In this document: piece by piece, positions 55,162 to 63,584 of the stretch | Position numbering within the stretch: position 1 is the first letter of the stretch | Layout of the letters: each line of letters opens with the position of its first letter | Assembly (NCBI GenBank): GCA_046539305.1 | Contig: JBKHHE010000003.1 | Location: 1,369 to 65,368, forward strand | Direction of reading: 5' to 3' | Origin: Candidatus Aenigmatarchaeota archaeon | Lineage (GTDB): Archaea > Aenigmatarchaeota > Aenigmatarchaeia > PWEA01 | DNA: 64,000 nucleotides | Made by a program: the position numbers and the translations under genes | Notes under the pieces: generated by a model | Seen by the model: the letters and a program-made list of their open reading frames with translations, nothing else | Database searches by the model: none | What the model was told of the DNA's origin: nothing

Positions 55162-55536
55162 TCATTTGCTTCCTGTTTTTAAAGTTTTTATCTCGTCCAC
55201 GACCTCGTCCACGAGGTCCTCTGCATCACCAAGCTCGGTTATCGCCGTTGAAGCCGCTTGAACTGTTATGCCGCAGGCCCTTCCGAGCTCTTCTTTCTTC
55301 CCTACGTATGTGTAGGGGACTGATTTCTCCTCACAGATTGCGGGAAGGTGCATCACGACTTCGGGTGGTTCCACGTCTTCCGCTATTACCACAAGTTCTG
55401 CGTTACCTCTTTCCACAGCCTTTGTAACTTCGTTTGTACCAATGTTCAGCTTACCGGTGGCTCTGGCCGTTTCTACGGCTTCGAGCGTGGTGTCTTCAAG
55501 CTCTTCCGAAACGTCAAACTTCACGTAATCGGTCAT
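55162..55536 (-). CDS. rpl7ae: 50S ribosomal protein L7Ae (K-turn binding; also a C/D, H/ACA and RNase P component)
   Basis: 'GKLNIGTNEVTKAVERGNAELVVIAEDVEPPEVVMHLPAICEEKSVPYTYV'. A strong GAGGTGAT SD lies upstream. Confidence 0.9.
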   Translation of the reverse strand: MTDYVKFDVSEELEDTTLEAVETARATGKLNIGTNEVTKAVERGNAELVVIAEDVEPPEVVMHLPAICEEKSVPYTYVGKKEELGRACGITVQAASTAITELGDAEDLVDEVVDEIKTLKTGSK

Positions 55537-55658
55537 CCAATCACCTCATTTGTTTTTGTCAGTGATTTTCATCTTTTTGAAACCCATGTTTCAAATATTT
55601 GAGAGGTATGCTCTCAAAACGAACTAACATTCCTACTCCGCTTAAATATTTAAAAGTT

Positions 55659-55675
55659 CGGAGGGTCAGCCTCCG
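55659..55675 (-). terminator. Hairpin just downstream of the gltX stop, followed by a T-run on the minus strand
   Basis: CGGAGG-GTCAG-CCTCCG forms a 6-bp stem. The minus strand continues AACTTTTAAATATTT. The function is inferred. Confidence 0.3.
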
Positions 55676-55679
55676 ATAA

Positions 55680-57356
55680 CTACCTGTGCGTGAACCAGAA
55701 TTCCGCCGCCTTTCCGGTCTTTCTGTCCAAGCGCACGAAACCAAACCTCTCAAACTGCAGGACTTCACCCCGATCCTCCTCCAAGACATTCTTCTCCACA
55801 GGTCCCTTCACCTTTTCCCCGTCCGGCATCATAATCTCTGCATCCGTAGTTTCATTCCCTTCCCCTGGCAGCCAGTGTACCTTCGGCATTTCCTGAACTA
55901 TATCATTTCCGCTGTACTTGCACACGTTCCCTTTCTCAGGTATTTTTATATTGTACAGACCTTTCAGCCGTATGACCTTCCCTCGGTTTGTTTCAAGGTC
56001 CTTTTCCTCTATATAAAAGCTCTTTCCGGCCTCCAGCTCCCTCGTGTCCTTTTTTTCGGGATGGATTCGAAGTTCTACCTTCTTCTTCTTACCGTTCTCC
56101 ACCTCCACTTTCACGGGGCTTTCTACGAAGAAATACCTGTTGGCTTCCGCATCCACAACCTTCCTGTTAATACTCGTGAACTCTTCCATGGACACCTCAG
56201 CATTGGCATTTTTTGGGCCGAACTTCCTGATTATCTTATGGAACGTCTCGGGCTTGAAACCCCTCCTCTTGAAAGCTCTGATAGTTCCAAGTCGGGGGTC
56301 GTCCCATCCTATAAATTTCCCTGATTCTATCCCTTTCCTCATCTTGCTTGTAGAAAGGATGGTGCCCTTTAGGGAGAGGAATCCATGGTGGATGGTGGTT
56401 GGGTATTCCCACCCGAAGTGCTCGTAGAGGTCTTTCTGGTTTTCCGTGTTGGTGGAGTGTTCCTTGGCTCGGAATATATGGGTAATGTTGAGCTCGTAGT
56501 CGTCTATCGCGGAGGCAAAATTGTATAGGGGCCACACCACGTAATCTTCCGAGACATATGGATGATCGTGGTCCTTTAGTATCCTTAGCGCGGGCCAGTC
56601 CCTCCGTGCGGGATTGTCGTGCTCTATATCCGTCTTTATCCTTACCACGGCTTCCCCTTCTTCGTAGCTTCCGTCCTGCATCTTCTGCCATCTATCCTCG
56701 TGCTTCTTTACACTCAGATTTCTGCAAGGACATGGTTTCTTATCATCCCTCAGACCTTTCCACTCCTTGGGATCGCACGTACACACGTAGGCTTTGCCGC
56801 TCACGATTAGATCGTAGGCGAACTCGTAGTACACGTCAAGCCTTTCAGAGGCTCTTACGACAAGGTCCGGCTTGCATCCTAGCCACTCCAGGTCTTCCTC
56901 TATCCACCTGTAAAATTTTTTCTTTGGTGATTTTTCGGGGGTTGAGGGATCGGTATCGTCAAACCTCAACACAAAACGGCCGTCGTTCCTCTCTGCGTAA
57001 AGGTATGAAAGGATATTTGCCCTTGAATTCCCCAGGTGGAAGGGTCCGTTTGGGTTAGGTGCGGCCCTCGTTATGACCTCTCCCCCTTCCTGAGGGATTT
57101 CCGGCAGGCTACCGTCTTCTCTTTCCCCTTTCAGTTTTATTCCCAGTTCTTCAGCTTCCTGTTTCTGGTCCTCCAGAGGAAGGTCGTTTATATCATCCAC
57201 GACATCTTGAATCCCGTCAATTATATTCTTGGGTTCCAGCTCGCCGTGGTCGGACATCACGCCCCCTAGGACGGCCTCAACCTCCGCCTCGCCATCGTGC
57301 TGAATCGCGTTCTTTAGGGCGTGCCGTCGGGCGGAATTTTCCACGTCTTCTTTCAT
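55680..57356 (-). CDS. gltX: Glutamyl-tRNA synthetase (archaeal type)
   Basis: 'APNPNGPFHLGNSRANILSY' (HIGH-like) and 'LSTSKMRK' (KMSKS-like). 558 aa. Confidence 0.9.
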   Translation of the reverse strand: MKEDVENSARRHALKNAIQHDGEAEVEAVLGGVMSDHGELEPKNIIDGIQDVVDDINDLPLEDQKQEAEELGIKLKGEREDGSLPEIPQEGGEVITRAAPNPNGPFHLGNSRANILSYLYAERNDGRFVLRFDDTDPSTPEKSPKKKFYRWIEEDLEWLGCKPDLVVRASERLDVYYEFAYDLIVSGKAYVCTCDPKEWKGLRDDKKPCPCRNLSVKKHEDRWQKMQDGSYEEGEAVVRIKTDIEHDNPARRDWPALRILKDHDHPYVSEDYVVWPLYNFASAIDDYELNITHIFRAKEHSTNTENQKDLYEHFGWEYPTTIHHGFLSLKGTILSTSKMRKGIESGKFIGWDDPRLGTIRAFKRRGFKPETFHKIIRKFGPKNANAEVSMEEFTSINRKVVDAEANRYFFVESPVKVEVENGKKKKVELRIHPEKKDTRELEAGKSFYIEEKDLETNRGKVIRLKGLYNIKIPEKGNVCKYSGNDIVQEMPKVHWLPGEGNETTDAEIMMPDGEKVKGPVEKNVLEEDRGEVLQFERFGFVRLDRKTGKAAEFWFTHR

Positions 57357-57361
57357 TCAAA

Positions 57362-58147
57362 TCACTCCAGTACTATCGCACAGTATCCGACTATCGAGTT
57401 CTCATTTTTTGAGACCTCGTAGGACGTCGAGTAGTCAATCAGCTCTCCACTCGAACCCTCATCCTTGAGGTAGTACAGCAGGGCAACTATTGGCCCTGTG
57501 CCGCATATAGTTGTATCGTATCTTTCAACAACGTCCATGAACGTCTCTGGTGATAGTTTTTCCACGGCCGCTGCGGCCTCCTTGTCTACTTTTTCGATAT
57601 AGTTCAACTTCTTGTTGATCCCTCCTGATACGGGTCGATATCCGTAGGAAACGCCGAAATGTGTGAAGTCCGAAGAGGCCAGGACGACAAATTTTTCGTC
57701 TACGTCGTCCTTTGCATCTCTTATAGCTTCTCCTATGTCCTGACCCTTTCTCAAGCTCTGCTCGCTCATTGATATCGGCACGAAGTTGAAGGTGCCGTAT
57801 TTTCTCTGGAGCCAGGGAAGTTGAACCTCTATCGAATGTTCTTGGTTGTGGGCGTTGTAGTCATCCTCCAGGTACTCCGAGTTTTCAAGTATGGAGTTCG
57901 CAAGCTCCGAATCTATTCTCGCGTTGCCCATGGGTGTTTTCCACATTCCGGATGTCATTATGGCCTCTGAAGCTCCCGTATTGGTGTGGTTGGGTCCAAG
58001 AATCACAAACGTGTTCAGATCCTCCAAAAGCGACCCATAAACGTGTGCCTGGGTTTCCCCACAGTACATGTAGCCTGCGTGGGGCGTGACTGCACCTAGA
58101 ACATCCCTTTGGTCTGCACTGGCCCTCCTTGAAAATTTATCCAGCAT
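57362..58147 (-). CDS. Memo-like / AmmeMemoRadiSam system protein B; the true start is probably upstream near 58207-58213
   Basis: 'AVTPHAGYMYCG' and 'GPNHT' are characteristic. The family-typical N-terminal 'IRNAVAAGQFYP' is encoded in-frame upstream of the first ATG (see finding). Confidence 0.75.
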   Translation of the reverse strand: MLDKFSRRASADQRDVLGAVTPHAGYMYCGETQAHVYGSLLEDLNTFVILGPNHTNTGASEAIMTSGMWKTPMGNARIDSELANSILENSEYLEDDYNAHNQEHSIEVQLPWLQRKYGTFNFVPISMSEQSLRKGQDIGEAIRDAKDDVDEKFVVLASSDFTHFGVSYGYRPVSGGINKKLNYIEKVDKEAAAAVEKLSPETFMDVVERYDTTICGTGPIVALLYYLKDEGSSGELIDYSTSYEVSKNENSIVGYCAIVLE

Positions 58148-58266
58148 CGACTCTATATCACCGGAGCTTCTGGGATAAAACTGCCCGGCTGCAACTGCAT
58201 TTCTTATTATAATACTGTCACACCCGGTTGAAAGTTTTCTTCTCAGGATTAATAAATATAGATCAG

Positions 58267-58860
58267 TTATTCTATCTCTTCGCCTGTGAAATCAGAAAGT
58301 TCGTATTCGAAGTCGCCCTCTCCGTCTATCTCACCTTTCTTTTTCAGCGTTTCCCTTGCCAGCAGGTAGAATATAGTGCCCAAGCTCTTTTGTCCTTTGT
58401 TGTTTCCGGGGATTATGAGGTCCACGTAATCCAGGTTCGTGTAACTATCACAGACCGCGACTATTGGAATCCCCTTCTTTATGGCCTCGGATATAGCCTG
58501 CTCATCTATCAGTGGATCGGAAGCCACAAGTATATCGGGCTCGAAGTAGTCGGAGAAAGAAGGGTTGGTAAGTGTGCCTGGCATGAACCTCTCAGCTATA
58601 ACATGGAAGTCCGTGGCCTCATCAAGAACCTCAAGGACCGGGGCTGCGCTTTCTTTCCTCCCGACAAAAAGTATATCATCAAACCTGCTGAGAAATGAAG
58701 AAGCTACATTTATCCTCTCATCTATTTTTTCGATATCTATTATGGAAAGACCATCCGGTCTGGTCTGGAATATGAAAGACTCCATTTCCTTCGACTTCTT
58801 CCTCATTCCCAAGTGTACTCCCGAGTTGACGTATTGCTCCCTTTCCATGAGTTCCGTCAT
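58267..58860 (-). CDS. rps2: 30S ribosomal protein S2
   Basis: 'YVNSGVHLGMRKKSKEMESFIF.TRPDGLSIIDIEK', 'PIVAVCDS'. Confidence 0.9.
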   Translation of the reverse strand: MTELMEREQYVNSGVHLGMRKKSKEMESFIFQTRPDGLSIIDIEKIDERINVASSFLSRFDDILFVGRKESAAPVLEVLDEATDFHVIAERFMPGTLTNPSFSDYFEPDILVASDPLIDEQAISEAIKKGIPIVAVCDSYTNLDYVDLIIPGNNKGQKSLGTIFYLLARETLKKKGEIDGEGDFEYELSDFTGEEIE

Positions 58861-58916
58861 AGTATCCCTTGGTTATTCAAGGACTAAATTTAAATATATT
58901 GCGCACGATGGCCGGT

Positions 58917-59120
58917 TCATTCTTTTTTTGCTGGTTTCTTGCTCTTTACGGACAGCGGTACTACGTCTTTCTCGAACTCCTCCCTCGCGGTCTTTATCGG
59001 GTCCAAGTCCTTTCCTCTATCGATCAGTGGAGGTGCTCCCATAGCTATCTGCAGAGCCCTCGCCGAGATTATTCTTGCCCTCTCAAATCTTGTCATCTTG
59101 TCCAGATCTATGAAACGCAT
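58917..59120 (-). CDS. rpoK: DNA-directed RNA polymerase subunit K (Rpo6)
   Basis: '[25 protein letters not shown]'. Confidence 0.85.
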   Translation of the reverse strand: MRFIDLDKMTRFERARIISARALQIAMGAPPLIDRGKDLDPIKTAREEFEKDVVPLSVKSKKPAKKE

Positions 59121-59130
59121 ATTTCACCAC

Positions 59131-59934
59131 CTAGCCTATATATCTCAGTTTTTCCTCTTCGGCAGCGCCCCCCGCTCCCTTCATCTCCTCCATGGCCTTC
59201 TTTTGTACGTTTTCGAGCTTCTTTAGGAAATCTTCCATTTCTCCTACCTTTTCCTCTATATCGTCCAGGGGCACTTCAATTTCTAGGATGTCTGAAAGCG
59301 CCCTCACCACACTTTCTGCTGATTTTGGGTCAGTAAGAAGAGGGAAGCCAGCGGTTTCACTCATAATTGAAAGACCCTCCATCCCCCTCTTCTTTGCCAT
59401 TCCCAGGAGCAGTCCAGTTCCCCCAACTATCATTCCAATCTTTGAATCCGTATCTTCAAAGTTTATATTATATTCCTCGTACTCGTCTACAAGTCTGCTG
59501 TTTGTTACAGCTCCAAGGACATCGGGCTCTCCTTCTACCTCATCTTCTAGGTCTCCTGTGCCGTAACCACCAAGCGTTATTATCCTTTCCACTCCCATTT
59601 CTTCGGCAAAGTCAATCACCTTTTTCGCTATCTCAAAGTGACCTTTACTTCCATCCTTACCGGCTTGTGTATCTCCTATTAGAAAGATGATATCGTTTCC
59701 GTCACTGTTTTTCCAGTAGTAGAACTTGAACTTGAGGAGGGAAATTTCATCGTCGTGTATAAGGACTATTGGCATGAAATAAGGCGAATAAAGTTCCGCG
59801 AACTTCTTTGCATCTAGGTGTTTTATCAAATACTCGGCTGCTATCCTTCCGACGTTTCCTATTCCCGGCAAGCCTTCTACAAGTACTGGGTTTTCAAGGT
59901 CGGGTTCTTCTATTATCTTTAATTCAGTTTCCAT
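59131..59934 (-). CDS. PAC2-family proteasome assembly chaperone
   Basis: 'LVEGLPGIGNVGRIAAEYLIKHL' and the C-terminal helical tail ending in 'LRYIG' are typical of the archaeal PAC2/DUF75 family. Confidence 0.75.
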   Translation of the reverse strand: METELKIIEEPDLENPVLVEGLPGIGNVGRIAAEYLIKHLDAKKFAELYSPYFMPIVLIHDDEISLLKFKFYYWKNSDGNDIIFLIGDTQAGKDGSKGHFEIAKKVIDFAEEMGVERIITLGGYGTGDLEDEVEGEPDVLGAVTNSRLVDEYEEYNINFEDTDSKIGMIVGGTGLLLGMAKKRGMEGLSIMSETAGFPLLTDPKSAESVVRALSDILEIEVPLDDIEEKVGEMEDFLKKLENVQKKAMEEMKGAGGAAEEEKLRYIG

Positions 59935-59948
59935 GTTATCTCCTCTAA

Positions 59949-60113
59949 TTAAACTTTACACATCTTTTTAAGTTTTTCCTTTCTTCTGTATTCTCCATGC
60001 TTGTCCTCAGGTGAGAAGGGCCCAGGATTCGGGTTGACCGCTTTGCCTCCACACTCAGGACACTCGGTTTCGAGGGTGTATCTTCCACAGGATTTGCATT
60101 TCTTCATCTCCAT
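59949..60113 (-). CDS. nop10: H/ACA RNP protein Nop10 (not in the ORF track; 54 aa)
   Basis: My translation is MEMKKCKSCGRYTLETECPECGGKAVNPNPGPFSPEDKHGEYRRKEKLKKMCKV, a zinc ribbon plus 'P.RFSPED.Y..YR'-like motif. Confidence 0.85.
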   Translation of the reverse strand: MEMKKCKSCGRYTLETECPECGGKAVNPNPGPFSPEDKHGEYRRKEKLKKMCKV

Positions 60114-60148
60114 ACCAAGAGTTCTTTTGGGACAAAGAATTTAAAGCT

Positions 60149-60838
60149 TTATACATTCCTCAGCTCACAGCTCTTTACATACTTCCCAGCAATCTGTTTA
60201 AACTTCTCAAGCTTCTCAATGGGCAGTTTATCTATTCCCTCATATTTTTCGTCGAGTGTATTCTTTGGCTCGAACTGCTGAAGGAAAAACCTCTCCGCCC
60301 CTTCAATTGTCCTGGCTATACTTTCGACTGCTTCCTCATCTATCAAACCTGGAACGGCCGTGGTCCTGAACTCGTAATTCTCCATCCCATCCATTATCAG
60401 TTCTATGCTCTCCTTGATTTTTTCCGTCTTCACGTCCACGCCGCCGGCTTTGTCGTATCCATCAAGTGGCGCCTTCACGTCCATCGCGATGTAGTCCACG
60501 AGATTTTTCTCGATGACCTCTTCCAGGGCCTCAGGGATGCTTCCGTTGGTGTCCAGCTTCACTGAATAGCCCAGTTCTTTGACCTTCTCCAGGAAGTCCA
60601 CGAGGTCGCTCTGAATGGTTGGCTCGCCGCCCGTGACCACGACCCCGTCTAGCTTTCCCTTCCTCTCTCCCAGAAAATTTAGGACCTTCTCCTCTGGCAT
60701 CCCTTCTGCTCCCTCCAGGACGAGCTGTCTATTGTGACAGAACGGACATCGAAAGTTGCAGCCCGTAGTGAAAACTATACAGGCTACCTTTCCGGGGTAG
60801 TCCGTAACTGTGAACTTCTGAAGTCCGCCTATTTTCAT
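60149..60838 (-). CDS. nrdG: Anaerobic ribonucleoside-triphosphate reductase activating protein (radical SAM)
   Basis: 'GCNFRCPFCHN' (CxxxCxxC) and 'VVVTGGEP'. It has a 4-nt overlap with nrdD. Confidence 0.85.
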   Translation of the reverse strand: MKIGGLQKFTVTDYPGKVACIVFTTGCNFRCPFCHNRQLVLEGAEGMPEEKVLNFLGERKGKLDGVVVTGGEPTIQSDLVDFLEKVKELGYSVKLDTNGSIPEALEEVIEKNLVDYIAMDVKAPLDGYDKAGGVDVKTEKIKESIELIMDGMENYEFRTTAVPGLIDEEAVESIARTIEGAERFFLQQFEPKNTLDEKYEGIDKLPIEKLEKFKQIAGKYVKSCELRNV

Positions 60839-62973
60839 CGGGATACCTCAGCTTTAGGCATTGCCTTCTTCGAGAAGTCCGCTCTGTCATCGAACTCTTC
60901 TTGTTTCCCTGGATTCCACTGCTCCGTTGGCCGGAGATATCCGACGATCCTTGAGTACACTTCACACTTGGTTCTTTCACCTTCTTCTTTGCATTTCGGA
61001 CAGAACTCTTCCTCACCTTCAAGATATCCATGATTCGGGCAGACTGAGAAGCTCGGTGTCAGCGTGTAGTATGGAAGTTCGTACTCCTTCGATATCTTTT
61101 TCACGAGCTTCTTTGTCGACTCGATGGAGGGCATTCTTTCACCCAGCCAGGAGTGGAAGACCGTCCCTCCTGTGTATTTGGTCTGTAGGGGTTCCTGGAT
61201 TTCAAGGGCCTCAAAGAGGTCCTCTGTGTATCCGAATGGAAGCTGCGTGGAATTTGTGTATATAGGTTCGGAGTCGCTGAGCTTCGAGGTGTTGTATATC
61301 TTGAGGTCAGGGAAATCCTTCTTGTCCTTCCTGGCGAGTCTGTAACTTGAACCCTCAGCCGGAGTCGCCTCCAGATTGAAGATATCACCAGTTTCCTGCT
61401 GGAAGTCCGCAAGCTTCTCTCTCATGAATTCAAGGGTCTTTTCCGCGAACTTCTGGCCTTCTTCCGTCCCTATATTCGTGTCCTTTAGGTTCAGAAGCGC
61501 CTCGTTCATGCCGATGAGGCCAATAGTTGAGAAGTGATTCTTCCAGTAGGTCCCTTCTGATTCTTTTATGTTTCTGAGGTAGAACCTTGAGTAAGGGTAT
61601 AGACCTTTCTCCGTAAATTTCTCGAGGACCTCTCTCTTTATCACCAGGCTCTTCTTCGCGAGCTCCATCAGATCTTCAATCCTTTCGAAGAACTCTTCTC
61701 CCGAGTCCGATATGTAGGCTACTCTGGGAAGGTTTATCGTGACTACGCCTATCGAACCGGTTAGGGGGTTCGCGCCGAAGAGTCCACCTCCTCTCTTCTT
61801 CAGCTCGCGGTTATCCAGGCGGAGCCTGCAGCACATGGATCTAGCGTCTTCGGGGTCTATGTCCGCGTTCATGAAGTTGGAGAAGTAAGGGATGCCGTAC
61901 TTTGCTGTCATCTCCCACACAGGATCCAATACGTCCTTGTCCCAGCTGAAGTCGTCTGTTATATTGTAGGTGGGTATCGGGAAGGTGAAAGGCCTGCCCT
62001 TCTCATCCCCCTCCATCATCACTTCGGCGAAAGCTTTGTTAAGCGTATCCATCTCTTCCTGGAACTCTCCGTAGGTCTTGTCTTTCTGCTCACCGCCCAC
62101 TATAGCAGGTTCGTCTTTCATCATCTCCGGAACCTCGAGGTCCATCGTAAGGTTCGTGAACGGCGTCTGGAATCCTACCCTGGTTGGCACGTTCATGTTG
62201 TACAGGAACTTCTGCATCGCCTGCTTCACTTCCTCGTAGCTAAGATCGTCGTAGTGGATGAAGGGCGCAAGATACGTGTCGAAGTTTGAGAGGGCCTGCG
62301 CCCCGGCGGCTTCACCTTGAAGCGTGTAGAGGAAGTTGACTATCTGGAGAAGCGCCACGTCGAAGTGTTTCGCGGGTCCGGACTGTATTTTACCTCTTAC
62401 GCCTTTGAAGCCACTGACCAGTAAATCCTTCAGGTCCCAGCCAACGCAGTAAGGACCCAGAGTTCCAAGGTCATGTATATGAAAGTATCCCTCATTGTGC
62501 TTCTTCCTTATTTCTGGCGGGTAAATCTTCTGGAGCCAGTACTTCCTTATTATCTTGTCCGTTACGTGTACGTTCAGCCCCTGGAGCGAGTAGCTCATGT
62601 TGGAGTTCTCCTTCACTCGCCAGTCGTTCTCCTTGATGTAGTTTTCTACAAGAGAAACGTTGCTCATGAGCTCGTGGAACTTTCTGAGTTCTTCATGTTG
62701 ACTCCTGTAAAGTATGTAGGCTTTGCCGGTTTTGTAGTGGCCGTTCTCCACCAGGACCTTTTCCACCGTATCCTGTACCTGTTCCACCGTGGGTATTTCA
62801 TTTTCAGCCAGGTCCTCTTCTAACTTTTCAACTACTTCATCGGATAGCTTCTTGGAGAGATCTTTGTTCGTGCCTCCTACGGACTGTGCCGCCTCCCATA
62901 TAGCTTCAGTGATTTTGTTTTGGTCGAATTTTTCAACGGTTCCATCACGTTTTTTTATCTTTTCGAAATCCAT
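60835..62973 (-). CDS. nrdD: Anaerobic (class III) ribonucleoside-triphosphate reductase
   Basis: N-terminal ATP-cone ('KIKKRDGTVEKFDQNKI'), a C-terminal Zn site 'CPNHG...CPKC', and the glycyl-radical motif 'SRIVGYLRP'. Confidence 0.95.
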   Translation of the reverse strand: MDFEKIKKRDGTVEKFDQNKITEAIWEAAQSVGGTNKDLSKKLSDEVVEKLEEDLAENEIPTVEQVQDTVEKVLVENGHYKTGKAYILYRSQHEELRKFHELMSNVSLVENYIKENDWRVKENSNMSYSLQGLNVHVTDKIIRKYWLQKIYPPEIRKKHNEGYFHIHDLGTLGPYCVGWDLKDLLVSGFKGVRGKIQSGPAKHFDVALLQIVNFLYTLQGEAAGAQALSNFDTYLAPFIHYDDLSYEEVKQAMQKFLYNMNVPTRVGFQTPFTNLTMDLEVPEMMKDEPAIVGGEQKDKTYGEFQEEMDTLNKAFAEVMMEGDEKGRPFTFPIPTYNITDDFSWDKDVLDPVWEMTAKYGIPYFSNFMNADIDPEDARSMCCRLRLDNRELKKRGGGLFGANPLTGSIGVVTINLPRVAYISDSGEEFFERIEDLMELAKKSLVIKREVLEKFTEKGLYPYSRFYLRNIKESEGTYWKNHFSTIGLIGMNEALLNLKDTNIGTEEGQKFAEKTLEFMREKLADFQQETGDIFNLEATPAEGSSYRLARKDKKDFPDLKIYNTSKLSDSEPIYTNSTQLPFGYTEDLFEALEIQEPLQTKYTGGTVFHSWLGERMPSIESTKKLVKKISKEYELPYYTLTPSFSVCPNHGYLEGEEEFCPKCKEEGERTKCEVYSRIVGYLRPTEQWNPGKQEEFDDRADFSKKAMPKAEVSR

Positions 62974-62977
62974 CGAG

Positions 62978-63418
62978 TCACCCTTTTATTGTTTTTATTT
63001 CTTTTTCCAGACTTTCTAGATCAAATGATTTGTAGACCGAGGCAAAACGTATATAGGCTACTTTGTCCAGCTCCTTCAGGCCTTTCATCACAAGCCTGCC
63101 TATATCCTCGGATTGCACCTCGTTTACACCCTTTCTCCTTATCTTCTGCACTACTTCTCTCACCAGCTCCTCTATCTCTTCGTCGGAAACCGGTCTCTTT
63201 TCGCACGCCCTCATAATCCCCTCTTTCACCTTTTCTTCCTGGAATTCCTCCCTGGAGCCGTCTCTTTTCACAACTCTGACCCGCAACTCCGGCCTCTCAT
63301 AGGTCGTGAACCTGTGTTTACACTGCTTGCATTCCCTTCTCCGTCGAACTGCTGTTGAATCCGATATTTCTCTTGATTCGATGACCTTCGTTTCCGAAGA
63401 ACAGGTCGGACATCTCAT
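62978..63418 (-). CDS. nrdR: Transcriptional repressor NrdR (zinc ribbon + ATP-cone)
   Basis: The start was chosen at 'MRCPTCSSETKVIESR...RRRRECKQCKHRFTTYE', followed by an ATP-cone ('VVKRDGSREEFQEEKV'). The upstream part of the track ORF (TTG at 63511) covers the operator region. Confidence 0.85.
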   Translation of the reverse strand: MRCPTCSSETKVIESREISDSTAVRRRRECKQCKHRFTTYERPELRVRVVKRDGSREEFQEEKVKEGIMRACEKRPVSDEEIEELVREVVQKIRRKGVNEVQSEDIGRLVMKGLKELDKVAYIRFASVYKSFDLESLEKEIKTIKG

Positions 63419-63455
63419 TTTATCGGCGTGCTTTTCATTTACTATTGGCGCGTAA

Positions 63456-63502
63456 CTACTATATGTTGAGGTTTTTAGTTTAAAGACCCCCATATATGGG
63501 GG
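63456..63502. promoter_or_regulatory. Two NrdR-box-like 16-bp palindromes upstream of nrdR
   Basis: CCCCCATATATGGGGG (63487-63502) is a perfect palindrome. CTACTATATGTTGAGG (63456-63471) is the second box. Their centres are 31 bp apart, and both share the C.AtATaT.G core of the bacterial NrdR box. Confidence 0.5.
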
Positions 63503-63584
63503 TCCTACCAAAACCTGGTTCTGATCCTATTTAAATTTTTTTGTAGGAGAAAACATATTTTAGGAAATAAGTTTTCGGGAAACA

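Noticed and set aside
55576-55595. The palindrome TTTGAAACCCATGTTTCAAA, considered as a rho-independent-style terminator for gltX.
   Set aside because: It is about 85 nt beyond the gltX stop. A better hairpin plus T-run sits immediately after the stop (55659-55675). Its position fits the L7Ae promoter or leader instead, so it is reported there at low interest.
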